The notes beneath the pieces are model-generated. The model did no database searches. It was not told where the DNA came from and was given only the letters and a program-made list of their open reading frames with translations. From the IMG/VR virus record IMGVR_UViG_3300049191_000067, positions 1,156-65,155 of that record: DNA of 64,000 nucleotides; one strand, 5' to 3'. Position numbers and translations under genes: made by a program. The stretch comes from a virus (Duplodnaviria; Caudoviricetes). Numbering within the stretch: the stretch's first letter is position 1; every line of letters starts with the position of its first letter. Below are positions 9,630 through 18,885 of the stretch, in pieces.

Positions 9630-10666
9630 CAGACCACCGTGGCCTCATCCGACTGGATCTTCACCTGGATCACCGGGTCAACCTCGTTGCTGTACGCCTC
9701 GAAGTCCACCGTCATCTGCACGATATCCGGCCCGCTCACCATCGGCGGAGCCGACTTGAACTTGATGGCCGGCAGGATGAACGACAGCAGGTAGTTGCTG
9801 GCGGTGGCACCGATGATCCCGCCCTGCAGGTCGATCTGTAGGGGGACGGTGGTGTTCGCCTTGAACACGTCGTAGAACTCGGTCTTGGAGAACTCCGCAC
9901 TCAGCTTGCCGGTAATCGTCGGCGTGCCGTTCGGTCCGATCTGCTCGGCCTTCAACCCGGCGTTGCCGAGTCCGAAACGATCGGTCGCGAGCGGGACCTT
10001 TCCTGTGAGGGTGAAGTCCTTGACGATTGTCGCGATCGTCACACCGGAGCCGATCGTGGTCTCGCCGGCCGAGGTGGTGGGAGTGCCGCCCAGTTTGAAG
10101 TTGGTGACCTGACTGAAGTTGAACACCGTTGAGCCACTGAGATATGACGCGGCGGCAAGCGCCGTCGCCGTCGATTCGGACTTGGCGTCCACGGTCAGTT
10201 TCAGCGTCGGGATCGCCTGCTCTTTGACGCTAAACTCCCAGCCGGTGACCTTGCAGCCGGCGTAGGTGTGGGCCCGCACCGTGCCAGACGGCTCGGGCTT
10301 GCCGATCTGGAGGGTGAAGCCCAGCCCGTTGTACCCGCCGGGGGTGTGGATCTGCTTGTACGCCGTGCCTGTAATCACCGTCGTAGTGGTTGTGGCCGAC
10401 GCAAGGGCGTGATGCCACAGCAGGCCCATGCCCTTGGTGGCGTGCTCCACCTCGAAGTCGCCGGTGACGTCCGAACTGGCCACCTGCACACGGTTCGCCC
10501 GCTTGAAGTACACGCCTGGACGGAGGCCCGTGGGTTCCAGGAACTTCGGGTTGAACTTCGCGCTCTCGCTGTTGAACTCGAGGAACCGGGTCACCGTGAC
10601 GGGGGTTCCCCACGTGGTTTCCGACGCCAGCCCGAGTTGTGCGTCTTCTCCAGTACCGGTGGCCAT
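9629..10666 (-). CDS. Major tail tube protein
   Basis: MATGTGEDAQLGLASETTWGTPVTVTRFLEF; YAGCKVTGWEFS. Confidence 0.85.
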   Translation of the reverse strand: MATGTGEDAQLGLASETTWGTPVTVTRFLEFNSESAKFNPKFLEPTGLRPGVYFKRANRVQVASSDVTGDFEVEHATKGMGLLWHHALASATTTTTVITGTAYKQIHTPGGYNGLGFTLQIGKPEPSGTVRAHTYAGCKVTGWEFSVKEQAIPTLKLTVDAKSESTATALAAASYLSGSTVFNFSQVTNFKLGGTPTTSAGETTIGSGVTIATIVKDFTLTGKVPLATDRFGLGNAGLKAEQIGPNGTPTITGKLSAEFSKTEFYDVFKANTTVPLQIDLQGGIIGATASNYLLSFILPAIKFKSAPPMVSGPDIVQMTVDFEAYSNEVDPVIQVKIQSDEATVV

Positions 10667-10667
10667 A

Positions 10668-10940
10668 TTACTTCTCCTTCACGGCCGGCGCTGCCGGCTT
10701 GTCATCGACGAACTCCCACAGGGCGTGCGGCCACGCCCTCTCCTCGTCCCCATGCGCCACAATGTAGGCGTCGGTAGGCAGAGGCTCGACGGCCTCGTCC
10801 TTCTTGGCCTCCCGCGACGTAACGAGCTGGCCGGGGACATCCACGACCTGGCCCGGCTCAACCGCGAACGCGTCCGGTGATCCTGGGCGGGCGAGGATCG
10901 TGACGGGCTGGGCATCTGAGCGCAGCCTGAACTTGGGCAT
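10668..10940 (-). CDS. Hypothetical structural-operon protein
   Basis: 90 aa ORF coupled to neighbours. Confidence 0.55.
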   Translation of the reverse strand: MPKFRLRSDAQPVTILARPGSPDAFAVEPGQVVDVPGQLVTSREAKKDEAVEPLPTDAYIVAHGDEERAWPHALWEFVDDKPAAPAVKEK

Positions 10941-10949
10941 GGAATCTCC

Positions 10950-11381
10950 CTAGACGCGGGTCTTGACGGTGATGGAGAAGACGAGCCGTGCTCCGGCTTC
11001 GTCGTTGAACAGTTGGCGGGGTTGGACTCCCGCGATGTAGGGCGAGCTGAATCCGAACGAGGGGTCGGCTCGTAGGGTGCTTTCCACTGTGGCGAACAGG
11101 GCTTTCACGCTGTCCCGACCGGACTTCACCGACTCCCCGTCGTAGGGAGCGACGATCGCACAGACGACGTCGAACATCTCGTTGCGCGCCCTCGTGCCCA
11201 GTCCGGCCCATTCCTGATCGATGTCAGCGACTTTCCAGTCACCATCAGGGTCACCGTCATATCCGACCCACACCGACGCCTGGTAGTCGCCGGTGAGCCC
11301 GGTTCCATCGAGGACAGTCAGGCCGGCAGTCTCCAGTAAGGCAATGATCGAGTCGATCGAGTCGAAGACCCGGGAGGGCAT
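10950..11381 (-). CDS. Tail terminator-like protein
   Basis: Size and position; C-terminal ARLVFSITVKTRV. Confidence 0.6.
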   Translation of the reverse strand: MPSRVFDSIDSIIALLETAGLTVLDGTGLTGDYQASVWVGYDGDPDGDWKVADIDQEWAGLGTRARNEMFDVVCAIVAPYDGESVKSGRDSVKALFATVESTLRADPSFGFSSPYIAGVQPRQLFNDEAGARLVFSITVKTRV

Positions 11382-12214
11382 CAGGCGATCCCCGAGATAG
11401 TGGGCCCGAGTAGTTCGAGGGCCTTATTGGGAATTGAGTAGGCAAACGATGTGAATCCTGCACCGGGTGTGTCCAGCCCCGCCCTCGGTGAACCCTTCTG
11501 GCCGCGCTGGGTGTCCTGCCAGATATGCTGAACGATGATCTCCGCCGCCTTGCCATACTCTGCGGGTATCAACGTCATCCCGGCTTCGTAGGTGAACGTC
11601 ACTGGACCCCACACCACAGAACCCGCGAGGACTCGCACCACGCCGCCCTCGGTAACGCTCATGTTCGCGGGGCTCCACGTGAGCCCACCATCCGCGGCCA
11701 CGACGCTAGTGAGCGACAGCACTGGTTTGGTGCTGAGAACGAAGCTTTGCAGAATCCCCGGCGCTGCATGCGTGTTCGGGATACCGAGGTCCCGTTTCTC
11801 CACCACGGTCCTGCGGACTACCGCCTTGTCTAGGTGTCGTTCGACAGCTGCGGTCGCGGCCTCGACGAGTCGGCGCAGTTCTTCATCGTCGATCGTGGCA
11901 ATCTTGTTTAGCTGCTCTTTTACGTCCGCAAGGGATACTAGGTATGGCGGTGCGGCAGCGCGTACGTCGAATACGTCGGAGAAGCCGCAGGAATTGACTC
12001 CGGTCGCTACCCAAGTGACGGTGTGCCGGCCCGGCATAGTTGGCGCGTAGTCCACCTGGTAGACACCGGTTCCCGAGTGAGTCACCGCCGGAGTGACCGT
12101 GGTGCCGTCGGGCTCGCCGATCGTCAACGTGACGGCGCCAGCATCAGCGAGGGCTCCGGCGGAGTCGCGAATGTTGACGGTGAGCGGGACAATGTCAGCG
12201 AGATCGAATGCCAT
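11381..12214 (-). CDS. Head-tail adaptor with N-terminal Ig-like domain
   Basis: N-terminal SGTGVYQVDY...GRHTVTWVATG; C-terminal LVSLADVKEQLN...DDEELRRLVEAATAAVE. Confidence 0.7.
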   Translation of the reverse strand: MAFDLADIVPLTVNIRDSAGALADAGAVTLTIGEPDGTTVTPAVTHSGTGVYQVDYAPTMPGRHTVTWVATGVNSCGFSDVFDVRAAAPPYLVSLADVKEQLNKIATIDDEELRRLVEAATAAVERHLDKAVVRRTVVEKRDLGIPNTHAAPGILQSFVLSTKPVLSLTSVVAADGGLTWSPANMSVTEGGVVRVLAGSVVWGPVTFTYEAGMTLIPAEYGKAAEIIVQHIWQDTQRGQKGSPRAGLDTPGAGFTSFAYSIPNKALELLGPTISGIA

Positions 12215-12265
12215 TCATCCCCCAACCTGAGCGATTTGACGGATCGGAGGAAGGAAACGCCGCAG

Positions 12266-12913
12266 CTAGGCGGGGGTGAGGTAGACCCAACCGAGGTTCG
12301 TGTCGGGAGTGAACGTGACCACAGTGGACGTCCACGTCTTCTGCGAGCCGAAGTCGAGAAGGCAGATCAGGTCCTTGTTGGTGGTGGTGTTGTCGTAGAT
12401 CCAGCCGTACTGGATTCCCGTCAAAGACATCGACGGGGAGACGATGTTGGAGCTGGAGAACTTGATGATGCTGGAGCCGATCTCGGTCCACACCACACCG
12501 TTGTCCGTCGCGGCGTTGTCCTTACCGGACACCGTCGTCCAGGTCGGTTCCGTAGTGGCGTGGGAAGTCCCCGCGACAGCGCACATGTACAGGTGCGCGT
12601 TGCCGGTCGTGGGGCGGACCACATCGCCCGCGACATAGGCCGTGGCCGTCGCCCAGGTTCGGCCGAAGCTGTTGGCGTAGGTGGTGGTCATCGCTGGGGA
12701 GGAGATGGTGACGCCGCCGGCCACGTATCCGGTTCCGGACGCCTCGGATGCCGAGATGTCGCCGTACACCGCAACACCGGTTAGGTCGGCGCCCGGGGTG
12801 TATGCGGTGGCCATCAGCGCCAGTTTCAGAGTGTCCGTGGCCAGGACGATGGCGTCGGAGGCGCCGCCGGCGAAAGCCTTGTTGAGAATCGTGGGCGCCC
12901 AACGGTTAGCCAT
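12266..12913 (-). CDS. Beta-rich virion protein with CBM5/12-like insertion
   Basis: DTLKLALMATAYTP domain interrupted by WATATAYVAGDVVRPT...YMCAVAGTS...EPTW. Confidence 0.55.
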   Translation of the reverse strand: MANRWAPTILNKAFAGGASDAIVLATDTLKLALMATAYTPGADLTGVAVYGDISASEASGTGYVAGGVTISSPAMTTTYANSFGRTWATATAYVAGDVVRPTTGNAHLYMCAVAGTSHATTEPTWTTVSGKDNAATDNGVVWTEIGSSIIKFSSSNIVSPSMSLTGIQYGWIYDNTTTNKDLICLLDFGSQKTWTSTVVTFTPDTNLGWVYLTPA

Positions 12914-12935
12914 GTGCTGCTCCCCTAATCGAGGT

Positions 12936-13895
12936 TTATGGATTCACCGGGCGCATGCCGGCAACGGTGCGATCCTTGGGATTCATGACCGAGGTCGTCC
13001 GGGAAACCGGGCCCATCGAGCCCCTGGTCACCAACTGCACCGCGATGTTCTGCGCGCCGCCGAGGGCCCACGCTTGGCCAATGACCGCCAGCACGACGAC
13101 GCTCGGCGTCACCGCTCCGGTACCACCCCGGCCACCGCCAGGCGTTGCTGCTGCACTCGCCGTGCCTGTAGGGGTGACCGTGCCGCCTGCACCCGAAGCG
13201 TTCCCTGCCGCCGCGGTGATGGCGGCAGCGGCAGTGATCGAACTTCGGCCGGAGCCGGCGCTGCCGCCTGGGATTGCGGCCTGCAGGGTAGTCGCAGTTG
13301 CGGTGGTGGTCGACCCGTATCCCAGCGTTCCACCCGGCAACGCCGAGATGGTTGCCGTGCCGGACAAGGCCGATTGGGCTGCGGCACCCAGTGTGGCCCC
13401 CGCCGATGGGGAGATCGTCGTCGTGCCTGTGACCGCTTGTGAACCGGCCGCCGCAATCGCTGGCCCCGGAATGGCGGCCTGGAGTGTGGTGGCGGTGGCG
13501 GTCGTCTGACCGCTCCCACCCAACGCCGCCGCCGGGAGGCTGGCGGTTGAGGCGGTGCCAGTTGGTGAAGGTGTTGCGCCTTGTCCGATCCCGACGTTGG
13601 ATGAACCAGTCACTGTGGCGGCGCCCGCGATGGAGGTGCCGGCGCCTTGCGCCACGGTGGGGCCAGCCGAGGTCGTGATGCTGCTCGCGCCGGAGCAGGT
13701 AGTGGTGCCTCCGGCCCCTACTCCACCGGAGCCTGCTGTCGTGATGGTCGCGGTGCCAGTGGCAACCACTATCGGGCCGGAGCCTGTTGCCCCGCCGGGG
13801 ATAGCTGTCTGAGTTGCGGTTCCGGCTGCGGCGGTGAAAGTTCGGCGGGGACGCTGAAGGAGGCTGTAGACCGGGTCCGCGGCGAACAGCGGCAT
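12936..13895 (-). CDS. Ala/Gly/Thr/Ser-rich low-complexity virion protein
   Basis: 319 aa; internal repeat TTATATTLQAAIPG occurs twice. Confidence 0.6.
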   Translation of the reverse strand: MPLFAADPVYSLLQRPRRTFTAAAGTATQTAIPGGATGSGPIVVATGTATITTAGSGGVGAGGTTTCSGASSITTSAGPTVAQGAGTSIAGAATVTGSSNVGIGQGATPSPTGTASTASLPAAALGGSGQTTATATTLQAAIPGPAIAAAGSQAVTGTTTISPSAGATLGAAAQSALSGTATISALPGGTLGYGSTTTATATTLQAAIPGGSAGSGRSSITAAAAITAAAGNASGAGGTVTPTGTASAAATPGGGRGGTGAVTPSVVVLAVIGQAWALGGAQNIAVQLVTRGSMGPVSRTTSVMNPKDRTVAGMRPVNP

Positions 13896-13899
13896 CAGA

Positions 13900-14382
13900 T
13901 CACAGCTCGCGGACCCAGAGGGTGCCGGAGAGGGTCAGGTCGTCGGCCACCGCAGTGGTCAACCGGACATACATGCCGGTGTTGGCCTGGGATACCTTCG
14001 GCCGCATCGCCTCGGGGAAGACGAGGTTCAGCCCGGCGCGGACAGGGAAGTTGTCTGCGATCAGGGTCACCGACGTGCCTGCGGTGGCGGGGGTTGAACC
14101 CACCGTCTCGGCGGTGAACGATGCAGCGCCGTCGCTGGGGTCCAGCGGTTGGGGCGTGGTACTGGTGCCGTTGCTGGAGGTGGTGTTGCCGCGGACGATG
14201 GCGTAGGCCAACATCTCGTCCTGCGCGTCCCCAACCTCGCTCTTGTTGCTCAGCAGGATCGCGACGATCTCGAGCGGCTTGTCGTCGGCGGGCACGAGCT
14301 CGAACAGGTCGTAGTCGCCGGATGCGGCGGCGATGGTCTGCTGGTCGAAGACGACGGTATAGACCCCGCGCTGGGCAGCCAT
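13900..14382 (-). CDS. Beta-rich hypothetical virion protein
   Basis: 160 aa ORF in head cassette. Confidence 0.6.
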   Translation of the reverse strand: MAAQRGVYTVVFDQQTIAAASGDYDLFELVPADDKPLEIVAILLSNKSEVGDAQDEMLAYAIVRGNTTSSNGTSTTPQPLDPSDGAASFTAETVGSTPATAGTSVTLIADNFPVRAGLNLVFPEAMRPKVSQANTGMYVRLTTAVADDLTLSGTLWVREL

Positions 14383-14391
14383 GGTTTCTCC

Positions 14392-15093
14392 TCACAGGTC
14401 GAGCAGTGCGCCGATCCGTGGCCGGCGGGAAAGGATCGCGGAGGTTCCGGCGCCGCCACCGGTTGTTCCGATTAGGCCGCCGATCCAGGCGGTGGACTTG
14501 TCACTGCCGGTGCAGGTGGCTTCAACGTCCCCCGACCCGCCCGCGGACGCCTGGTCGCGGGTGCACAGCACCATCACGTTCTCGAGGGACTGCTGCTGCT
14601 TGGTGAATACCGGTGACGTGTCGGCGGTGAACGTGCCGCCGCTCCAGTTGGTGACCACGTGGATCAGCAGCCGGTCTGCGCCCAGCGTGGTCGTGCTCAC
14701 CGTCGGCGACACCGTGACGTTCGATCCTGCCGAGTGAGCCGAGCCGGTAGGAGAATCGAACGGCGTCCCCGACGTGACCATGTTGTCGATGCGCGCCGTG
14801 AACGCTGCGGCGAACGTCGAGCTCGTCCACGTGGGAGTGACGTTCCCGGACTCTGATCCGCTTGCCCGATGCCACGCCACGTGCAGGCCGTGGCTGGTAG
14901 GCGAGACGTTGATCGGTGAATTCTCGGCCTCTTGCCATCCGCCCGGCCACGTCATGGTCTGCGCGGTGCTGTCCAGAAACACCAACGCCAGGACACCCGA
15001 GAGGTTGACCACGCCGCTGGGGAGCGGGATGGCCAGAGAGGTAGACGAGCCCTCGACGTTTGTCCCGAGAGAACCGATCGAGGGCAGCGCCAC
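14392..15093 (-). CDS. Beta-rich Ser/Thr-rich hypothetical virion protein
   Basis: 233 aa; TWPGGWQE, TWTSST motifs. Confidence 0.6.
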   Translation of the reverse strand: MALPSIGSLGTNVEGSSTSLAIPLPSGVVNLSGVLALVFLDSTAQTMTWPGGWQEAENSPINVSPTSHGLHVAWHRASGSESGNVTPTWTSSTFAAAFTARIDNMVTSGTPFDSPTGSAHSAGSNVTVSPTVSTTTLGADRLLIHVVTNWSGGTFTADTSPVFTKQQQSLENVMVLCTRDQASAGGSGDVEATCTGSDKSTAWIGGLIGTTGGGAGTSAILSRRPRIGALLDL

Positions 15094-15096
15094 CGA

Positions 15097-15360
15097 CTAC
15101 TCCGGGAGGACCTCGGTCAGCGGGTCATACTTCGGCACGAGCCAGTAGCTCCAGGGGTGGGAGTTCCCCGGCACGCCGAGCGGCTGCCAGGAACCCTCAG
15201 CGGTCAGGTCCGGCTCGAGCGTGTAGCGCCGGACGGCCGACTGGTCGGTTGTTACTTGCATCGTCACCGAATCCGGCGGGCTCTCTCCCCACACCCACGG
15301 CTCCGGGGGGTTGTTCGGGTCCTCGAAGGCCCAGGCGCGCGGCTCGGTCATGTGGGTCAT
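15097..15360 (-). CDS. Hypothetical protein
   Basis: 87 aa Trp/Pro-rich ORF; ATGA overlap with upstream gene. Confidence 0.55.
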   Translation of the reverse strand: MTHMTEPRAWAFEDPNNPPEPWVWGESPPDSVTMQVTTDQSAVRRYTLEPDLTAEGSWQPLGVPGNSHPWSYWLVPKYDPLTEVLPE

Positions 15361-15566
15361 TCCCCCGTCTGCTGTTGCGGCTGTGTACGGCGGCCCCTAG
15401 GGGCCTCCCGGCGGGCGCGCTCCTGCGCCGCGTCCTCGGTCGCTGGGGGCTCGTGGCCGCGCACCTTCAGTTCCGCGTCGACCTGTTCGATCCGCTCGGT
15501 GTTTCCCTGCCGAGTGAGAGCATCCCGCTCCCGCAGCAGAGCGGCGATCTGCCTGTCTTCCGACAT
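15357..15566 (-). CDS. Small helical post-capsid protein
   Basis: IAALLRERDAL...IEQVDAEL. Confidence 0.6.
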   Translation of the reverse strand: MSEDRQIAALLRERDALTRQGNTERIEQVDAELKVRGHEPPATEDAAQERARREAPRGRRTQPQQQTGE

Positions 15567-15572
15567 GTGCCG

Positions 15573-16076
15573 TCAACTCCAGTGAAGATGGACCGGGCGG
15601 ACAGCCCAGTCGATCGGTACTTCCTTGGACACGTGGTGGTAGTGCCACATGGAGAACTCGCAATCCCCGAAGTGGCTCGCCCACCCTGAACTGATGAACC
15701 TGCGGATCAGGTCACGGGGGAGATGGATCATCCCCAGGCCAAACAGGTTGCAGATCGGCGCACCCTCGAGCACTGGCCGTGCGCCGGCTGCCCCGGGCCC
15801 GTCGCCCTCCCAGTCTCGGTGGGCCCAAATGCCGTTGGGAGTGTAGATCCGGTAGGGAGCGACCAACACGGACTCGGGATGCTCGGCGGCGCGGACCTCA
15901 AAGAGGTCGAGGTCTTCCTTGGCGACCGCCATATCCCATTCGAGCAGCAGGATGTCGTCGTCCAACTCGGATAGGGCATTATAGTCGTGGTTGGCGATAA
16001 CTAAGCGTTCGAGATGGTCGACCACATAACTACGTCCGGTCGGGATCTTGACCGGCCAGGATCGGACGATCCTCAA
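15573..16076 (-). CDS. Glycosyltransferase (GT-A fold)-like protein
   Basis: TTG start overlaps upstream TGA; DDDILLLEWD acidic motif, FGLGMIHLPR, FGDCEFSMW, VRPVHLH. Confidence 0.55.
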   Translation of the reverse strand: MRIVRSWPVKIPTGRSYVVDHLERLVIANHDYNALSELDDDILLLEWDMAVAKEDLDLFEVRAAEHPESVLVAPYRIYTPNGIWAHRDWEGDGPGAAGARPVLEGAPICNLFGLGMIHLPRDLIRRFISSGWASHFGDCEFSMWHYHHVSKEVPIDWAVRPVHLHWS

Positions 16077-16459
16077 AACACGTGCAGGGTAGCCGTGTTG
16101 GTGACGTTCGTGTTCGCGCTGTATGTAAGCCGCAACTCTCGCCATGGATGGTTGGGGCGGAGGATTTTCCGTACCGTCGTCGCCGTGGTGATCGCGAACG
16201 TCGCCACCGACGGCGTCTCCGGAGCAGCGGCGTCCGCGTACGCGACGTTGAACCAGTCGGTGCCGTCCGCGCTGCCTTCAATGGCGTAGGTGCACGTCGG
16301 TGTTGCGCCCACCGTGGTAGTGATGGTGAGCAACGCGGTTCCGGTGGAGCCGCCGCGATCGGCCACGTTGGTCGACTGACCGTTGCCGGTTTGCGCCGAG
16401 GATAACTGGGCGACGTTCGGCCCAGGTTTGTCCGGCGCGCTGACAACCAGCGTGGCCAT
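16073..16459 (-). CDS. Capsid decoration-like beta-sandwich protein
   Basis: TYAIEGSADGTDWF...RELRLTYS; immediately after capsid gene. Confidence 0.55.
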   Translation of the reverse strand: MATLVVSAPDKPGPNVAQLSSAQTGNGQSTNVADRGGSTGTALLTITTTVGATPTCTYAIEGSADGTDWFNVAYADAAAPETPSVATFAITTATTVRKILRPNHPWRELRLTYSANTNVTNTATLHVF

Positions 16460-16480
16460 CGCGATCAGCTCCTGTTCGGC

Positions 16481-17899
16481 TCAGAAGGTAGGCGTGCTGA
16501 GGCCGGTGCCCGAAATGGACTGGACCGCATTCGAGTAGCGCCGGAACGAGAAGGCGAAGTACCCGTACACCACCAGCAGGACGCCGAGGTTGGCGGCCTT
16601 GGGCTGCTCGGCCCGGATGAACACCGGGGCGTTGGGGTCCTCCCACAGGTGACACTCGTCGGAGCACACCACGTAGATGATGTCCTCGTTGGTGCCGGTG
16701 CCGCCGTTGGTGACGATGTTGTTGTCCACCACGACCGGCATGCCGTTGGGCAGCACCCCTCGGAAGCCGGTGCCATAGGCGGCGGCGGTGTTCGTGCCGA
16801 TGGCCCGCGGGTCCACGCCCGGCTGGGAGATCAGCGGCCACGTGCTGGTGAGCTGGCTGTTGAGCCAGTGCCAGCGCCGCGAGTGCATGACGACGTGGGT
16901 GGGCTGCCCGAAGGTGAGCAGCGCCGCCTCCACACCGGCGGCGGCGGCGAGGATCTTCGGGTACAGCTCCGCGCCCGTCGGTGTGGCGTCGGTGTAGGTG
17001 GTCGTGGTGGCCAGCGCCGCCAGACCGACCGTCGCCTTGTTGATGAGCATGGAGTCCTTGTTCGTGGCGTAGCGCCGGTACAGGTCGCCCAACGTGACGT
17101 CCTCGATGCCGGTGCCGCGCTCGATCGCCTGCCGGGACAGGGTCTGCTGGCCGGCCGCCGTCAGGACGTTCTCCGTGAGCAGGGTGTCGTCGATGTCCGT
17201 CTCGGACACCGCCGAGTTCTCCGACGTCTGCTCCGCCACCGAGGTAGCGGTGGTGATCCGGGAGATGTTGACCGTCATCCCGTCCGGAGGCAGCGGGTGC
17301 GGGTTGCAGATGTCCGCGAACGGCGACATGTTCGCCACCGCGGGCGCGTACATGTCGGTCAGGTACTGCGGCACCACGAGTCCGGTGAATGCGCCCGTGC
17401 CGGCCGCGCGAGTGAGGTACTGCGGGCGCTCGACCCGCTCCTCCTGCATGTGCCGGTTGAGTCGGTGCTGCGACTCGGGGTTGCCCATCAGCCACGACGC
17501 GGCCACGTCCCGCAAGAACAGGTCGCCACCGGGGTCGGCCTCTCGGGAGTACGTGCGCTCCTCGCGGCCGACGCGGGCCACGCGGTCGTAGGCCGGCTTC
17601 GTGGAAGCGGCCGAGGTCGGAGCGCGGTGCTCGATGTCCTCGGCGATCTCCAGTTCCTGCTCCTTCGCCTGCCTCGCGCTGGCCAGCTTCTGGCGGATAC
17701 CGACCAGGTCCTCCTTGCACCGCTTCGCGGTGGCGAAGAGCTCATCGACGCGGGACTGCTCGTCCTGCGACAGGTTGGCCCGACCCTCCTGGTCGGCCAG
17801 GGAGAGGATCATGGCCACCTCGGCGTTCGCCTTGTCGCGGCGCTTGAGGGTGGCCTCCTCTTCCACTTCGATCTTCGTGAGCAGCTCGTCGAGCTTCAC
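16481..17899 (-). CDS. Major capsid protein, HK97 fold with N-terminal delta domain
   Basis: Coiled-coil N-terminus; GLVVPQYLTD; SRQAIERG; LLVVYGYFAF. Confidence 0.92.
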   Translation of the reverse strand: MKLDELLTKIEVEEEATLKRRDKANAEVAMILSLADQEGRANLSQDEQSRVDELFATAKRCKEDLVGIRQKLASARQAKEQELEIAEDIEHRAPTSAASTKPAYDRVARVGREERTYSREADPGGDLFLRDVAASWLMGNPESQHRLNRHMQEERVERPQYLTRAAGTGAFTGLVVPQYLTDMYAPAVANMSPFADICNPHPLPPDGMTVNISRITTATSVAEQTSENSAVSETDIDDTLLTENVLTAAGQQTLSRQAIERGTGIEDVTLGDLYRRYATNKDSMLINKATVGLAALATTTTYTDATPTGAELYPKILAAAAGVEAALLTFGQPTHVVMHSRRWHWLNSQLTSTWPLISQPGVDPRAIGTNTAAAYGTGFRGVLPNGMPVVVDNNIVTNGGTGTNEDIIYVVCSDECHLWEDPNAPVFIRAEQPKAANLGVLLVVYGYFAFSFRRYSNAVQSISGTGLSTPTF

Positions 17900-17944
17900 G
17901 GCACTCTCCACTTCGGGTAGTCACGGAAATGGGTGCTCGCGATC

Positions 17945-18027
17945 CCGGTCTGACTGCCGTCCATGCGAGTGGCCACCGGTCTGACTGCCGGTGGGTAATG
18001 CGCCCGGGTACCGGTCTGAGTGCCGGC
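17945..18027 (-). repeat. Three tandem hairpins with CA(G/C)TCAGA loops upstream of capsid gene
   Basis: Plus-strand CCGGTCTGA(C/G)TGCCG at 17945-17959, within 17973-17994 and within 18010-18027. Confidence 0.85.
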
Positions 18028-18039
18028 GCCAGGAAGTCT

Positions 18040-18885
18040 TCAGTCTTCGAGCATCGCCAGGCGAATGCGGGCCAGTTTCACGCTCTGCCCCGTGCCGACG
18101 TCCTCGGCGATCCGTGTACGGATCTCGTCCAAACTGGGCGTCCCTGCAGTCTCTTGCTCTACCTCGCCCCGCCCCTCCGGCTCCGCCTCGTCGTCGTTCG
18201 CTTCGCGGGCGTCGAGAGACGATTTGAGCTCCTCAACGACGGCCCGCTGCGCCCCTTCCGGCAGCAGCCGCACATCGTTCACGATCTCCGACTGCCGCGC
18301 GGCCACTGAGGTGTGAGGCGAGGCGCCGTAGTTCACCGCTGACACATCACCGCGGTCCAGATCCACCTTGTGGATGCGGAACTCGGTGAAGTCGTCGCTC
18401 CACTCGCCGTCATCGATGCGGAACGCGAAAGACATCTCAGTGACATCACGGTCCTCAATCGCGGTCACCAGATCCCGAACGTCCGTCCGCTTCGGGTTGA
18501 CGTAGGCCAAGGTCTTAAGACCCTTGCCATCCGCCAGAAGTTCGAGGGAACCGTTGGTGGTCCGGGCCATCGTGACGCCGCGGTGGTTCACCAGATACGC
18601 CACATCCGGGTTCTTCGACAGGGTCTCGTCGAACGCGCCCTGAGAAACGACCTCGTCGTACTCGCCGAAGATGTCCCACATGCGGTACTTCTTCTCGACC
18701 ACGGAGGCGTAGCCCTCGAGCTTGATCCGCTCCTGCTCTTTCCAGATCACCGTCGAGGCACGCATCTCCACCCCGAAGGCGTGCGACCGGGCGGTTCCGT
18801 TCGGCACCTCGCCCGGGTTCGCCTGCGCCGCTGCGGCACGACGCTGCAGCATGCGAGCACGGTCGGTCATGGTTCCTCCGGTCAT
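18040..18885 (-). CDS. HK97-family prohead protease
   Basis: LEGYASV, FDETL, LVNHRG, EMSFAFRI, DVSAVNYGA. Confidence 0.92.
   Translation of the reverse strand: MTGGTMTDRARMLQRRAAAAQANPGEVPNGTARSHAFGVEMRASTVIWKEQERIKLEGYASVVEKKYRMWDIFGEYDEVVSQGAFDETLSKNPDVAYLVNHRGVTMARTTNGSLELLADGKGLKTLAYVNPKRTDVRDLVTAIEDRDVTEMSFAFRIDDGEWSDDFTEFRIHKVDLDRGDVSAVNYGASPHTSVAARQSEIVNDVRLLPEGAQRAVVEELKSSLDAREANDDEAEPEGRGEVEQETAGTPSLDEIRTRIAEDVGTGQSVKLARIRLAMLED

Noticed and set aside
16278-17920. Long plus-strand ORFs (480 and 423 aa) antisense to the capsid gene
   Set aside because: Shadow ORFs expected from high-GC codon bias; Arg/Gly/Pro-rich with no motifs.
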